This document shows, one piece after another, positions 50,415-59,313 of a stretch of DNA of 64,000 nucleotides. The position numbers and the translations under genes are program-made. The stretch spans positions 310,001-374,000 of the IMG/VR virus record IMGVR_UViG_3300009545_000018. One strand, written 5' to 3'. The stretch's first letter is position 1. Every line of letters begins with the position of its first letter. The notes below the pieces were generated by a model, which worked only from the letters and a program-made list of their open reading frames with translations, made no database searches and had not been told where the DNA came from.

Positions 50415-53400
50415 ATGACTAAAAGAATCCCAGTATCTGGAACACAAAATATTTGGTTTGATACAGAACAAATAGACAATAATGATTTAAGTTTAGAACA
50501 AAATTATAATGATACTGTAACTTCTGGTATCATTAATAATCATATTGGAAGCGGCATATTATCTGAATCTTTAGAACAAAATACTATATTTGATTCTTTA
50601 TTAACTAATACTTTTTTAGATGGTATAGCTGTTAATCCACAAAATCAACCAACTGATAATAATTTTGGTAATCAATTAGAAATAACACTTACCAATTCAA
50701 AAGTTGCTTCAAAAAAGACTGTAAAAGTTGGTATAATAGGATTAGATTTTGAAGGAAATCTTCAATTTGAAACCTTTTATTTTAGAGTAAATGAAACACA
50801 AATAAGTAGAAAACATTTTGCCAGTATTTTAATACTTTTATTTAATGACTTTATAGGAGATCCTGATCTTTCTATGAACTTAGGTGGTAGAATTCTTATT
50901 AGAGAAGCTAAGCCTATGACTTTGTCAAGAGATCCTATAATGGTTGCTCAAGATGTAGAACCTAATTTGTTTTTTAGAGACTTTTTTCTTAATGGCTCTA
51001 TTTCCTTGCAAGCTTTATTACAGAATGCCTTACCAACATATAATATTGATTCTTTAAATATATTTACTGGAGAAAAAGATAATAAGGTATTATTAAATGG
51101 AGATGTTACTACACAAATAGGACAAAAATTTGTTGCAACAACTAATAATATTCAAAAAATCACTCTTTTATTATCAGTAAGAAACTTAGATTTAAATAAT
51201 GAAAATGATTTAGTATGGAATGGTGACTTGGTTGTTAGTGTTTATCCATTACAATCTGACATTGATTGCCCAAGTGATATTTCTCCAAGTTTACCAATTG
51301 ATTTTGCTCCATCTAATATTCCATTGGCACAACTTAGTGTGAATTATAATTCACTATTAGCTAATGGAATTGAACTTGGTTCTGTGCCACAGCCTGTAGA
51401 TTTTGTTTTTAGTAATAGTTTAGTTGCCACAGGAAATGTTCTTGTGCCAGGAAATTATTATGCCATAGCAGTTAAAAGATCTGGTTCGGCAAACAAATGT
51501 GATATTTTATTTTCTGTAGGTAGTGATAGGGTTCCAAACTCTAGAATTACTTCTTTTACTGGTGATCTATGGGTTGATATTCCAGAAGAAGATTTATGGT
51601 TTAAAATTTGGACCGACTCTGCCAAAGTATCTGATGGACAAGCATATGATACTGGTCATGGAATTACTATAACAAAAACTATTATTGATGAAGAATCGCA
51701 ATCAACTATTGATTATTGTTTTGATGATATTCAATTTGTTGGAAATGATGTATATAAAGCGGTTGTATCAGCCACTACATTAGAATCTGTACCAGTACCA
51801 GATCAAAGTACTGGAAATCCAGTTTTGAGTAGAAAACAATTTGTTCCAAAAGTTGACTTGTTAAATACTTTAGATATAGAAAATTTAGATGTAGCATCAG
51901 AGCCTTTATTAATTGGATCAATTTCTGATAAAAACAGAAAATTTTATGATTCTATTTCTGCTAACTTAAGTTCAATTTTATATTCTGCCACTATGGCAGA
52001 GGATGAACTATTGATTAAAGTAATTGATGACCCCACTGATGTTACAAGATACAATACTACTGTAACTGCATTAGTCACTAATTTAATAAATGGTGATTTT
52101 ATAGGAGCAAAAATTACTCCTAATGCCAATAATCCCTCAGTTTTTTATAGGGTAGCCAGCGCTCGTTTGTGTTCAATGATTGTTGGTGACGTTAATGGTG
52201 ACGGTATTATAGATAATGATGATTTAGATTTATTAAATTCTTATTTAGGATATAATCTAAATGTAGGTTTACCTTTACATGCCAGTGTAACGACTGATGG
52301 ATATACTACATCTTTTATAAATGGATATAAAACATATATTCAGCCATTTACTAATTTATTTTCTGTAAATTTTCAATTAATTGATCCAAATACTGGAGAC
52401 ATTGTTGCTGCTGGAATAGATGGTGTTTTAGTTGCAAATCCAACAGATCCAAGATTAGCTGAACTAACTAGTTCATCGGTAGATTTTAGTTCTATTGTTG
52501 GATTGAGTAGTTATAAATTAGTTATATTTGCTGGTGGTAATGACGCTGACCAGGGCGGATTTGATGTAACTTCTGTTGATACATTATCAAATGTAATTAC
52601 TATTAGAAAAGTAATTTTAAATGGAGATGTTTTATCTCAACTATTACGTGCGGACATTGATGGAGATTTTCATATTACATATACTGATGGTTATTTATTA
52701 CAAAGTTATATAAACAAACTTAGTTTAGATATGCCTCCACCAACTCCATATCCTGCTCCTACCAGTAATCCTTATGATAAAATTGGTACTAGATTTAATG
52801 TTTTAAGATTTAAATTAGAAAAATTTGTAGATAGAGATGATGATTATACTAATTTAAGTACTGGTCGAGCTGCTGGAATACATGTTCCTCAAGATATTTT
52901 TTCTGAGGATGGTTATTTTTCATCGCATGATTTTTATACTTCACCCGTACCAATATCATTTGATAAACAGCTTACTTGGAGTGAATCATTAATTGTAACT
53001 AACAGTAGGGCAAAATTAGTTCCAACTGTTTTTACTACACAAACTGGTTTTAGTCAAAATGACTGTGCTATAAAAGGCACTAGTTGTGAAATTTATCCTT
53101 CAATACCAGATTTTGATTCTGGTAGAGTAGATTATTTTGTTCCTAATAATTTAATTATTGGAGATGGCGGAGAACTTAAAAAACCGGATGGTAATTTTTA
53201 CAAGGTAGATTTTGAAGTAGGGACAGTAATACTTGAAATTCCTGATGGATTTTTTGGTTCAGAGAAAACTCTTAATATTATGGATGATTTTGTGGTAGAT
53301 TATACAGGAGACGGTGTAACACGTTTAGGTTTTCCTGCTATGAAATTTGCTGATTGTTCTTATGTTAACAATACGGCTTTGCTTAATGATCAGGTTAGAT

Positions 53401-54152
53401 TTTCTGTTTCAGTACAATCTTTTTCACCTAATATCAATGGTTTGAGTACAGACGGTTATGCCGGAATTATCGTGGATGGTAAAATTGGAGTGTCAGTAGA
53501 TTATACTACCGGATTAATCACATTAAATTTTAGCAATTTATTTCAAGATGAGATTCTTAAAACATTAAGCACCAAAATTCAAATACATGTTTATTTGAAA
53601 AAGGGTGGATTTAATAACTCTCCTCTTTTCATAAATTCTACTAAAGTACAAAATTTATTAAACTTAACCAATTCTTTTAGTGATGCAAACAGCACATCAG
53701 ATTCGGGTGATGCTGGTACTATTGGTATGGTTGTTGGTGGAGCTAGTGCAACCACCAGTATTAATAGTGGCGTTTATGTTCCATTATCAGGCACTTATAG
53801 TTATACTGGTGGAGATGTATTTACTTTAGGACCAAATTGTAAATTAACATATAATGGATTAATAGCAAGAGATTTTATTGTTACTTGCGTATTATCTTTA
53901 AATAAAGATGTATCTTCTGGGTTTGAGATAGATGGAAGTATATCTCTTAGTAATGATTATTTGGGAACTACATCTTCTCCTTGGTTTCAATCTGTAGATA
54001 CTACAGTTAATAAAAGAGCCAATTTAACATTTAATAGATATGTAACATTAACTCCAGGAGCTACAATTTCTCCCATTGTATATGTGCCTGGCGGAACAGT
54101 AAGTGGAAATATTGTTACATTAAATGTTACTATGACCGTTCAGTCTGCCTAA
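50415..54152 (+). CDS. Tail/baseplate-associated protein with dockerin-like Ca2+-binding repeats
   Basis: GDVNGDGIIDNDDLDLLNSYL and ADIDGDFHITYTDGYLLQSYI match dockerin EF-hand repeats; last gene of the baseplate block. Confidence 0.6.
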   Translation: MTKRIPVSGTQNIWFDTEQIDNNDLSLEQNYNDTVTSGIINNHIGSGILSESLEQNTIFDSLLTNTFLDGIAVNPQNQPTDNNFGNQLEITLTNSKVASKKTVKVGIIGLDFEGNLQFETFYFRVNETQISRKHFASILILLFNDFIGDPDLSMNLGGRILIREAKPMTLSRDPIMVAQDVEPNLFFRDFFLNGSISLQALLQNALPTYNIDSLNIFTGEKDNKVLLNGDVTTQIGQKFVATTNNIQKITLLLSVRNLDLNNENDLVWNGDLVVSVYPLQSDIDCPSDISPSLPIDFAPSNIPLAQLSVNYNSLLANGIELGSVPQPVDFVFSNSLVATGNVLVPGNYYAIAVKRSGSANKCDILFSVGSDRVPNSRITSFTGDLWVDIPEEDLWFKIWTDSAKVSDGQAYDTGHGITITKTIIDEESQSTIDYCFDDIQFVGNDVYKAVVSATTLESVPVPDQSTGNPVLSRKQFVPKVDLLNTLDIENLDVASEPLLIGSISDKNRKFYDSISANLSSILYSATMAEDELLIKVIDDPTDVTRYNTTVTALVTNLINGDFIGAKITPNANNPSVFYRVASARLCSMIVGDVNGDGIIDNDDLDLLNSYLGYNLNVGLPLHASVTTDGYTTSFINGYKTYIQPFTNLFSVNFQLIDPNTGDIVAAGIDGVLVANPTDPRLAELTSSSVDFSSIVGLSSYKLVIFAGGNDADQGGFDVTSVDTLSNVITIRKVILNGDVLSQLLRADIDGDFHITYTDGYLLQSYINKLSLDMPPPTPYPAPTSNPYDKIGTRFNVLRFKLEKFVDRDDDYTNLSTGRAAGIHVPQDIFSEDGYFSSHDFYTSPVPISFDKQLTWSESLIVTNSRAKLVPTVFTTQTGFSQNDCAIKGTSCEIYPSIPDFDSGRVDYFVPNNLIIGDGGELKKPDGNFYKVDFEVGTVILEIPDGFFGSEKTLNIMDDFVVDYTGDGVTRLGFPAMKFADCSYVNNTALLNDQVRFSVSVQSFSPNINGLSTDGYAGIIVDGKIGVSVDYTTGLITLNFSNLFQDEILKTLSTKIQIHVYLKKGGFNNSPLFINSTKVQNLLNLTNSFSDANSTSDSGDAGTIGMVVGGASATTSINSGVYVPLSGTYSYTGGDVFTLGPNCKLTYNGLIARDFIVTCVLSLNKDVSSGFEIDGSISLSNDYLGTTSSPWFQSVDTTVNKRANLTFNRYVTLTPGATISPIVYVPGGTVSGNIVTLNVTMTVQSA

Positions 54153-54170
54153 TTAATTTTATATTTGGGG

Positions 54171-54198
54171 TTGACATTAACAGACTTGGTGTTACTAT
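54171..54198 (+). promoter_or_regulatory. Sigma70-type promoter
   Basis: TTGACA (54171-54176), 16-nt spacer, TGn-TACTAT extended -10 (54190-54198), 8 nt before the ATG at 54207. Confidence 0.6.
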
Positions 54199-54206
54199 CG
54201 TAAATA

Positions 54207-54986
54207 ATGAAAAAAAGAAATATTTTTATTATTTTGTTAGCGCTGTGTGGCTGTACACAAAATAAAAATTTAGATACTAAATTATCTATAACAACAATTC
54301 AAGAGCAGTTTATTGTTCCAACTTGTGCACCAGAAATGTTACACATTACTGGCACATATTGTACACAAGTTATTCAATTGTGTAAATCTTATATGGAGCC
54401 ACCCGAAACTACTCCCTTTGCCAGATGTTTAGAATTTAATAAAAGTAAATGCATTGGTAAAAATGTAGAAATGAATTTTTGTATAGATAAAGAAGAATAT
54501 TTCAATCCGATAGATCGCATTCCATTATCCAATGTATCTTGGACAATAGCAAAATCACTTTGTGAAAAACAGAACAAAAGATTATGTTCGGAGCCAGAAT
54601 GGAATTTTGCTTGTGAAGGAGAAGAAATATATCCATATACTACCGGCTATTCAAGACCATCCAAACAATGCAATATAGATACAGTGAAAGATATTATTTG
54701 CAATAATGGACTGTGTGATCATAGAAATTCAGTGGTTCAAAACCCTGAATGTTTGTCACCATTTGGTGTGCATAATATGTCTGGCAACGTTGACGAATGG
54801 GTTGAAGTTCCAAAATATCAACATAGTAAAATTCCAGATTTATGGATGAGATCATCTTTAAAAGGCGGGCATTGGTTACCAGTAAGAAATAGATGCCGCC
54901 CCAAAACAGATGATCATGATGAATCATTTCATCAAATTTCGGTAGGATTTAGATGCTGTAAGGATAGTGATGATTTACTTAAATAA
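54207..54986 (+). CDS. Lipoprotein with FGE-sulfatase (SUMF1 / C-type lectin fold) domain
   Basis: Signal peptide MKKRNIFIILLALCGC with lipobox; RLCSEPEWNFAC, SPFGVHNMSGNVDEWV and GFRCC motifs. Confidence 0.88.
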   Translation: MKKRNIFIILLALCGCTQNKNLDTKLSITTIQEQFIVPTCAPEMLHITGTYCTQVIQLCKSYMEPPETTPFARCLEFNKSKCIGKNVEMNFCIDKEEYFNPIDRIPLSNVSWTIAKSLCEKQNKRLCSEPEWNFACEGEEIYPYTTGYSRPSKQCNIDTVKDIICNNGLCDHRNSVVQNPECLSPFGVHNMSGNVDEWVEVPKYQHSKIPDLWMRSSLKGGHWLPVRNRCRPKTDDHDESFHQISVGFRCCKDSDDLLK

Positions 54987-55701
54987 AATATTTAAAATTC
55001 CCGGTCCTAAAGATTTAGGCATGTCTGATTCAAATAATGCAATGCCTATAGCTTGTTTTTCTAATGATGAGTCTGCTACATGGGAAGATTATTATGCTAA
55101 AGTAAAAAAAGAATATCCTATCAAATATTTTATAGCAGCAACCTTTATTGGATGCTTTGTATCTTTATTTCAAAGAAATAAAAGAAGAATTCAAGAATTT
55201 ATTTATTGGATTAAATGTAATTATTTTAATAAATATAAATACCACATGTTAGACTTACGACAAAGAAAAAATATTACTTATGTTAATAATGGCATTACTA
55301 AATCTATTAAAAATCCAGATTATTATCAATATGGATGGCTAGATGTAGATGATAGAATGTTATATGCAATATTCGGACTATTAAATAGCTTTGTTGAAAA
55401 TGAATTGAATACAATTAAAGTATCAGAAAATGACGTTCAAACAAATCCATTTCTTGCTAAACAAAAAGTTGCTCAGGATGAAATATTAAGTATTTATAAT
55501 TGGTGGAATAATGATCGTTTTGTTGAAATGGAAGAGATAAATAAACTTAGATATAAATGGTCCTCTTTATCAAAATTAAAAAGAATAAATGCCAAACAAC
55601 GAGCTTTGAATCAACTTATGATTAAAGAAAAAGAATTTGAAGATAAAACTGATGAAATGGTTGAAAAATTAATGAAAGTTAGACGTACCTTATGGTCGTG
55701 A
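54967..55701 (+). CDS. Hypothetical protein
   Basis: 244 aa ORF with coiled-coil C-terminus; start uncertain. Confidence 0.6.
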   Translation: MMIYLNKIFKIPGPKDLGMSDSNNAMPIACFSNDESATWEDYYAKVKKEYPIKYFIAATFIGCFVSLFQRNKRRIQEFIYWIKCNYFNKYKYHMLDLRQRKNITYVNNGITKSIKNPDYYQYGWLDVDDRMLYAIFGLLNSFVENELNTIKVSENDVQTNPFLAKQKVAQDEILSIYNWWNNDRFVEMEEINKLRYKWSSLSKLKRINAKQRALNQLMIKEKEFEDKTDEMVEKLMKVRRTLWS

Positions 55702-55714
55702 TATAGTATCATCT

Positions 55715-56854
55715 ATGAAAATATGTTGGTATGGTTTTTTAGCTAAGAATCACTCGTGGAGTATAGTTGCGCAAAACATTTCTAGGGAATTAATCCGTAA
55801 AGGACATCAAGTAGATTTGTTTTCAACCAATGGTATTAATCATTTTCCACAAGATTTGATTCCTAATTTAAAAGGATTTGTTGAAGAAAATACTGCATTA
55901 ACTCCCGATTCTTTTAAAGAATTAGTAGAAAATAAATTAGACAAAGAGTATGATATGCAGCTATCATATACTGCTTTGAAAAATTTCGGGCATCATTTTA
56001 TTCGTGGATCCAAAAATAGATTTGGAATTTGGAATTATGAAACAACAGTTATTCCATCTTCATTTATTAAATATTATAAGTGCGTAGATAAAGTTTTACC
56101 ATCCTCTCAATTTAGTAAGAAAATTTTTACTGATAATGGAATGCCTGAGTCAGCGCAAATAGTAATTCCACATGGCATTCATTTAGATAGATTTAATAAT
56201 TTGGGTAAATATCCAATTAAATCTGACAAAAAATACAAAATATTATGTAATATTGCTCAGCCTCATTTAAGAAAAAATATCCCAGGATTATTTAAGGCTT
56301 GGGGACAAGCCTTTACTAACAAGGATGATGTTTCATTAGTATTAAAAATTTCTAAAAAGGGTGCTAATGGTAAAAGTGACATTAACTTTGATGATATTTT
56401 TAGAAATTTTAAAAAACAATATAAAAATCACGCCGAAGTTAAAATAATTGATACTTTTATAGATGATATAGAGCCATTATATAATGCATGTGATGTAGTG
56501 ATGACTATGAGTTTAGCCGAATGCTATTGGTTACCAGGGCTTGAAAGTTTTGCAGCAAATAAAGTAACAGTGGCTCCTCGTTATGGTGGTCAACTGGACT
56601 ATATGAATAATGATAATTCTATTCTTATAGATGGTAAGGAGATTAAAGCCGATTATAGTATGCAATATTGGGAACCATCTCCATATGCAAAAGCCTTTGA
56701 ACCAAGTCCAGCTGATTGTGCAGCCAAATTACAAGATCTAATTAAGAATTATGATTCTTATCACGCTAAGTTCTCGCCTAAAATGAAAGAGGTGGCTCAA
56801 GAACATACGTGGTCCAAGGTTGCTGACCGCATTTTAGATTTATGTGAGGAATAA
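55715..56854 (+). CDS. Glycosyltransferase, GT-B fold (GT4-like)
   Basis: VIPHGIHL, PHLRKNIPGL, YNACDVVMTMSLAECYWLPGLESFA motifs of GT4 enzymes. Confidence 0.88.
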   Translation: MKICWYGFLAKNHSWSIVAQNISRELIRKGHQVDLFSTNGINHFPQDLIPNLKGFVEENTALTPDSFKELVENKLDKEYDMQLSYTALKNFGHHFIRGSKNRFGIWNYETTVIPSSFIKYYKCVDKVLPSSQFSKKIFTDNGMPESAQIVIPHGIHLDRFNNLGKYPIKSDKKYKILCNIAQPHLRKNIPGLFKAWGQAFTNKDDVSLVLKISKKGANGKSDINFDDIFRNFKKQYKNHAEVKIIDTFIDDIEPLYNACDVVMTMSLAECYWLPGLESFAANKVTVAPRYGGQLDYMNNDNSILIDGKEIKADYSMQYWEPSPYAKAFEPSPADCAAKLQDLIKNYDSYHAKFSPKMKEVAQEHTWSKVADRILDLCEE

Positions 56855-57576
56855 TGTTGTCTATAGTAATACCAGTGTTTAATAAATGGAACTTTACTGA
56901 AGCTTGTTTAAATGATTTGCGCAGTCTTCCGCATAATACACATGAAATTATTGTTGTAGATAACAATAGTACAGATGAAACTCAGCATAAATTATTAAAT
57001 TTATTTTGTACTGAATATGAAGAGATTCGATATCATAAAAACCCTGAGAACTTAGGTTTTGCCAAGGCTTGTAATATAGGTTATTCATTGTCCAAACACC
57101 CTAATGTTATGTTCTTAAATAATGATATAAGAGTTAAATCTAATAAAAATAATTGGACAGACAAGATAATTGAGAAATGTAGTGAGGGATTAGTAGGACC
57201 TACTATGGGACAATTAGACTCTCAATTAAAATTTATTAAAGAATCTAATTGTGTATTACCTGGCAATTCTTATTTATCAGGCTGGTGTATTGCTGGTTCT
57301 AAAGAAACATGGAATAAGTTAGAAATTCCAAGAAAAGCAACTCAACAATTTTCTAATGCCAATGTACCGCAAATATTCTCAGAAGAATATGGCTTAGCAT
57401 ATTTTGAAGATACGGATTTAGGATTTCGTGCACGAAAATTAGGAATTAAAACAAATGTAGTTGATATACCGGTTATACATTTTGGCAAACAAAGTAGTTC
57501 CCAGATTAATACTTATGCACTTTATTCTTATGCAAGATCTATTTTTGTAAAGAAATGGACAAATAAAGTGCCCTAA
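56854..57576 (+). CDS. Glycosyltransferase family 2
   Basis: LSIVIPVFN, IIVVDNNSTD, NLGFAKACNIG, FLNND, YFEDTDLGFR. Confidence 0.92.
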   Translation: MLSIVIPVFNKWNFTEACLNDLRSLPHNTHEIIVVDNNSTDETQHKLLNLFCTEYEEIRYHKNPENLGFAKACNIGYSLSKHPNVMFLNNDIRVKSNKNNWTDKIIEKCSEGLVGPTMGQLDSQLKFIKESNCVLPGNSYLSGWCIAGSKETWNKLEIPRKATQQFSNANVPQIFSEEYGLAYFEDTDLGFRARKLGIKTNVVDIPVIHFGKQSSSQINTYALYSYARSIFVKKWTNKVP

Positions 57577-57914
57577 TGGAAATTGTTTTTAATGCTGTAA
57601 CGTATAATTTAACAAATTGGAAATTTTCTTATGAGGGTAGCGGTGGACAACCAATTCCAACATCTGTTAGTCGTTCTGTAATAGATCTAAAAAATCCATA
57701 TCCAGTATTAAAAGATGAGATTGGATTTTTTATACCTTTAACTAGTCCTGATATTATTTATCAAGTTTATGGGCAAGGATCTTTAACAGATTTTGCAATG
57801 ATATATAGTCGTGCCTTTAATAATATTTCTTATAAGCAAAAAGATCTTAATAAAGCTATGATTCATTTAGATGATTTTTTATTAAAATTAACAAAATTTA
57901 GTTGTTATTTATAG
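57576..57914 (+). CDS. Hypothetical protein, KLKxF-tail array 2 (ends DDFLLKLTKFSCYL)
   Basis: TAATG coupling; N-terminal YNLTNW motif shared across the array. Confidence 0.7.
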   Translation: MEIVFNAVTYNLTNWKFSYEGSGGQPIPTSVSRSVIDLKNPYPVLKDEIGFFIPLTSPDIIYQVYGQGSLTDFAMIYSRAFNNISYKQKDLNKAMIHLDDFLLKLTKFSCYL

Positions 57915-57918
57915 AACG

Positions 57919-58257
57919 ATGAAATTAAAATTTAATAAACAAGAATTTGTACTTTCACACTGGAAAGTGATGAATAACTGTTATTGTAGAGTTTTATATG
58001 TCCCATCCTCTTGTTGTGATTTTATTATAAAACATCGGTCTGTTGGAGCGACTAATTTTTATATAAATAATCATTATATTTATATATCTGGATTAGATAT
58101 TTTAACAATTAGCGGCGAAGGTTATTTGTCAAAAATAGCATATCAGTTTAATAATATTTATAAAGATCGTAAATACAAAATAAAAGAATTAGAAATAGCC
58201 AAAATGGATGTTACTAATTTTATTTTAAAGTATACAAAACTATATTCATTTACATGA
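57919..58257 (+). CDS. Hypothetical protein, KLKxF-tail array 2 (ends NFILKYTKLYSFT)
   Basis: N-terminal FVLSHW motif; shared C-terminal helix. Confidence 0.7.
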   Translation: MKLKFNKQEFVLSHWKVMNNCYCRVLYVPSSCCDFIIKHRSVGATNFYINNHYIYISGLDILTISGEGYLSKIAYQFNNIYKDRKYKIKELEIAKMDVTNFILKYTKLYSFT

Positions 58258-58604
58258 TATTAACGGTAAAAACCAATAATCATACTTTTGTTTTCTCTAA
58301 ATGGATGAAATTCAGAACAAAACATGATTTTAAAAACTCTTATCCAGATTATATTAGATTGAGCGATGATTTTCCTTACTGGGATGTTGAAATAGGATTT
58401 AAATTAATTAGTTCAGAAATAGAGTGGCAACACAACCAGAGTACTGGCATTTGGGAAGCATTCTCTACTCCAGAATTTTACCATGTAATAAAGATTTATA
58501 AAAATCTTTATGGCAGTAAGGTATCATATGATGATATCGAAGCTGCTAAATCAAAAATGGATGAGTTATTAATTAAATATGATAAATTGGGGTGTTTTTT
58601 ATGA
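58254..58604 (+). CDS. Hypothetical protein, KLKxF-tail array 2 (ends DELLIKYDKLGCFL)
   Basis: ATGA overlap; N-terminal FVFSKW motif. Confidence 0.7.
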   Translation: MILTVKTNNHTFVFSKWMKFRTKHDFKNSYPDYIRLSDDFPYWDVEIGFKLISSEIEWQHNQSTGIWEAFSTPEFYHVIKIYKNLYGSKVSYDDIEAAKSKMDELLIKYDKLGCFL

Positions 58605-58918
58605 TTTTTTATTATAAAGAAAAAGAATATTGTTTAACAGATTGGACAATATCTCATCAAGGTTACCATTATTGGCGCAGGTTAGTTATGTCTGATGGAA
58701 AACCCTCCACTTATGATTTTATTGGTTATAGAATTTGGAAAGATAAAGAATATACTTTAGCATCTAGTGGTTTATTTGTAGAAATTCATAAGTTATATAT
58801 TATGTATGATAATACTGCTGGAAAACCTGTAAGAATTGATGATAACACCTTATATCCTTTTAAAGAAAAATTAGATGATTTCTTATTACGAGTTAATAAA
58901 CTAAAGGTGTTTATATGA
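58601..58918 (+). CDS. Hypothetical protein, KLKxF-tail array 2 (ends DDFLLRVNKLKVFI)
   Basis: Start taken at the ATGA overlap; N-terminal YCLTDW motif. Confidence 0.7.
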   Translation: MIFYYKEKEYCLTDWTISHQGYHYWRRLVMSDGKPSTYDFIGYRIWKDKEYTLASSGLFVEIHKLYIMYDNTAGKPVRIDDNTLYPFKEKLDDFLLRVNKLKVFI

Positions 58919-59220
58919 GTATAATCATTGCAAATATAACAATTGGTGATTGGGAAGGCTTTGGTTCAGATGGTTATATTTGGAATTTTTGGAGATTCTC
59001 TTCTGGTAGTTTAGGAATTGGTTTATTAGTTGATAATTCAGATTGGTTTAAATTACAGCCCAATACCGCTACTTGGTCATTGATTTTTCATTCACCATTA
59101 TATTTTTTACAAGATCACTTTAAAGATATTGACTTCGTGAAATATTCAGAATTAGAGTTAACAAAAAAAGAAATAGATTTAAGGCTTGATAAAATTTCAA
59201 AACTTAAAAGTTTTTTATGA
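58915..59220 (+). CDS. Hypothetical protein, KLKxF-tail array 2 (ends RLDKISKLKSFL)
   Basis: ATGA overlap; N-terminal ITIGDW motif. Confidence 0.7.
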   Translation: MSIIIANITIGDWEGFGSDGYIWNFWRFSSGSLGIGLLVDNSDWFKLQPNTATWSLIFHSPLYFLQDHFKDIDFVKYSELELTKKEIDLRLDKISKLKSFL

Positions 59221-59270
59221 ATTTTTAATTCAAGCCATTGACAATTAAATTAATAAAATTAAGCTAACAC

Positions 59271-59313
59271 AATTATCAAGACATAGAATACAATCTAACT
59301 GATTGGGAAGTCC
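59271..59313 (+). pseudogene. Truncated 5' fragment of a further array-2 member
   Basis: Frame reads NYQDIEYNLTDWEV, matching YNLTNW / EYCLTDW of array 2, and stops being family-like exactly at the LAGLIDADG stop codon (59314). Confidence 0.5.

Noticed and set aside
17681-54152. Bacterial extracellular contractile injection system or tailocin rather than a phage
   Set aside because: Neck-like genes, a G/GT frameshift, many homing endonucleases and orphan arrays fit a lytic phage genome better. Capsid and terminase are outside the window, so the call is not proven.
54207-54986. Diversity-generating retroelement target (FGE/C-type lectin folds are common DGR targets)
   Set aside because: No reverse transcriptase and no second near-identical copy of the 3' region (template repeat) were seen in this window; cannot be excluded elsewhere in the genome.
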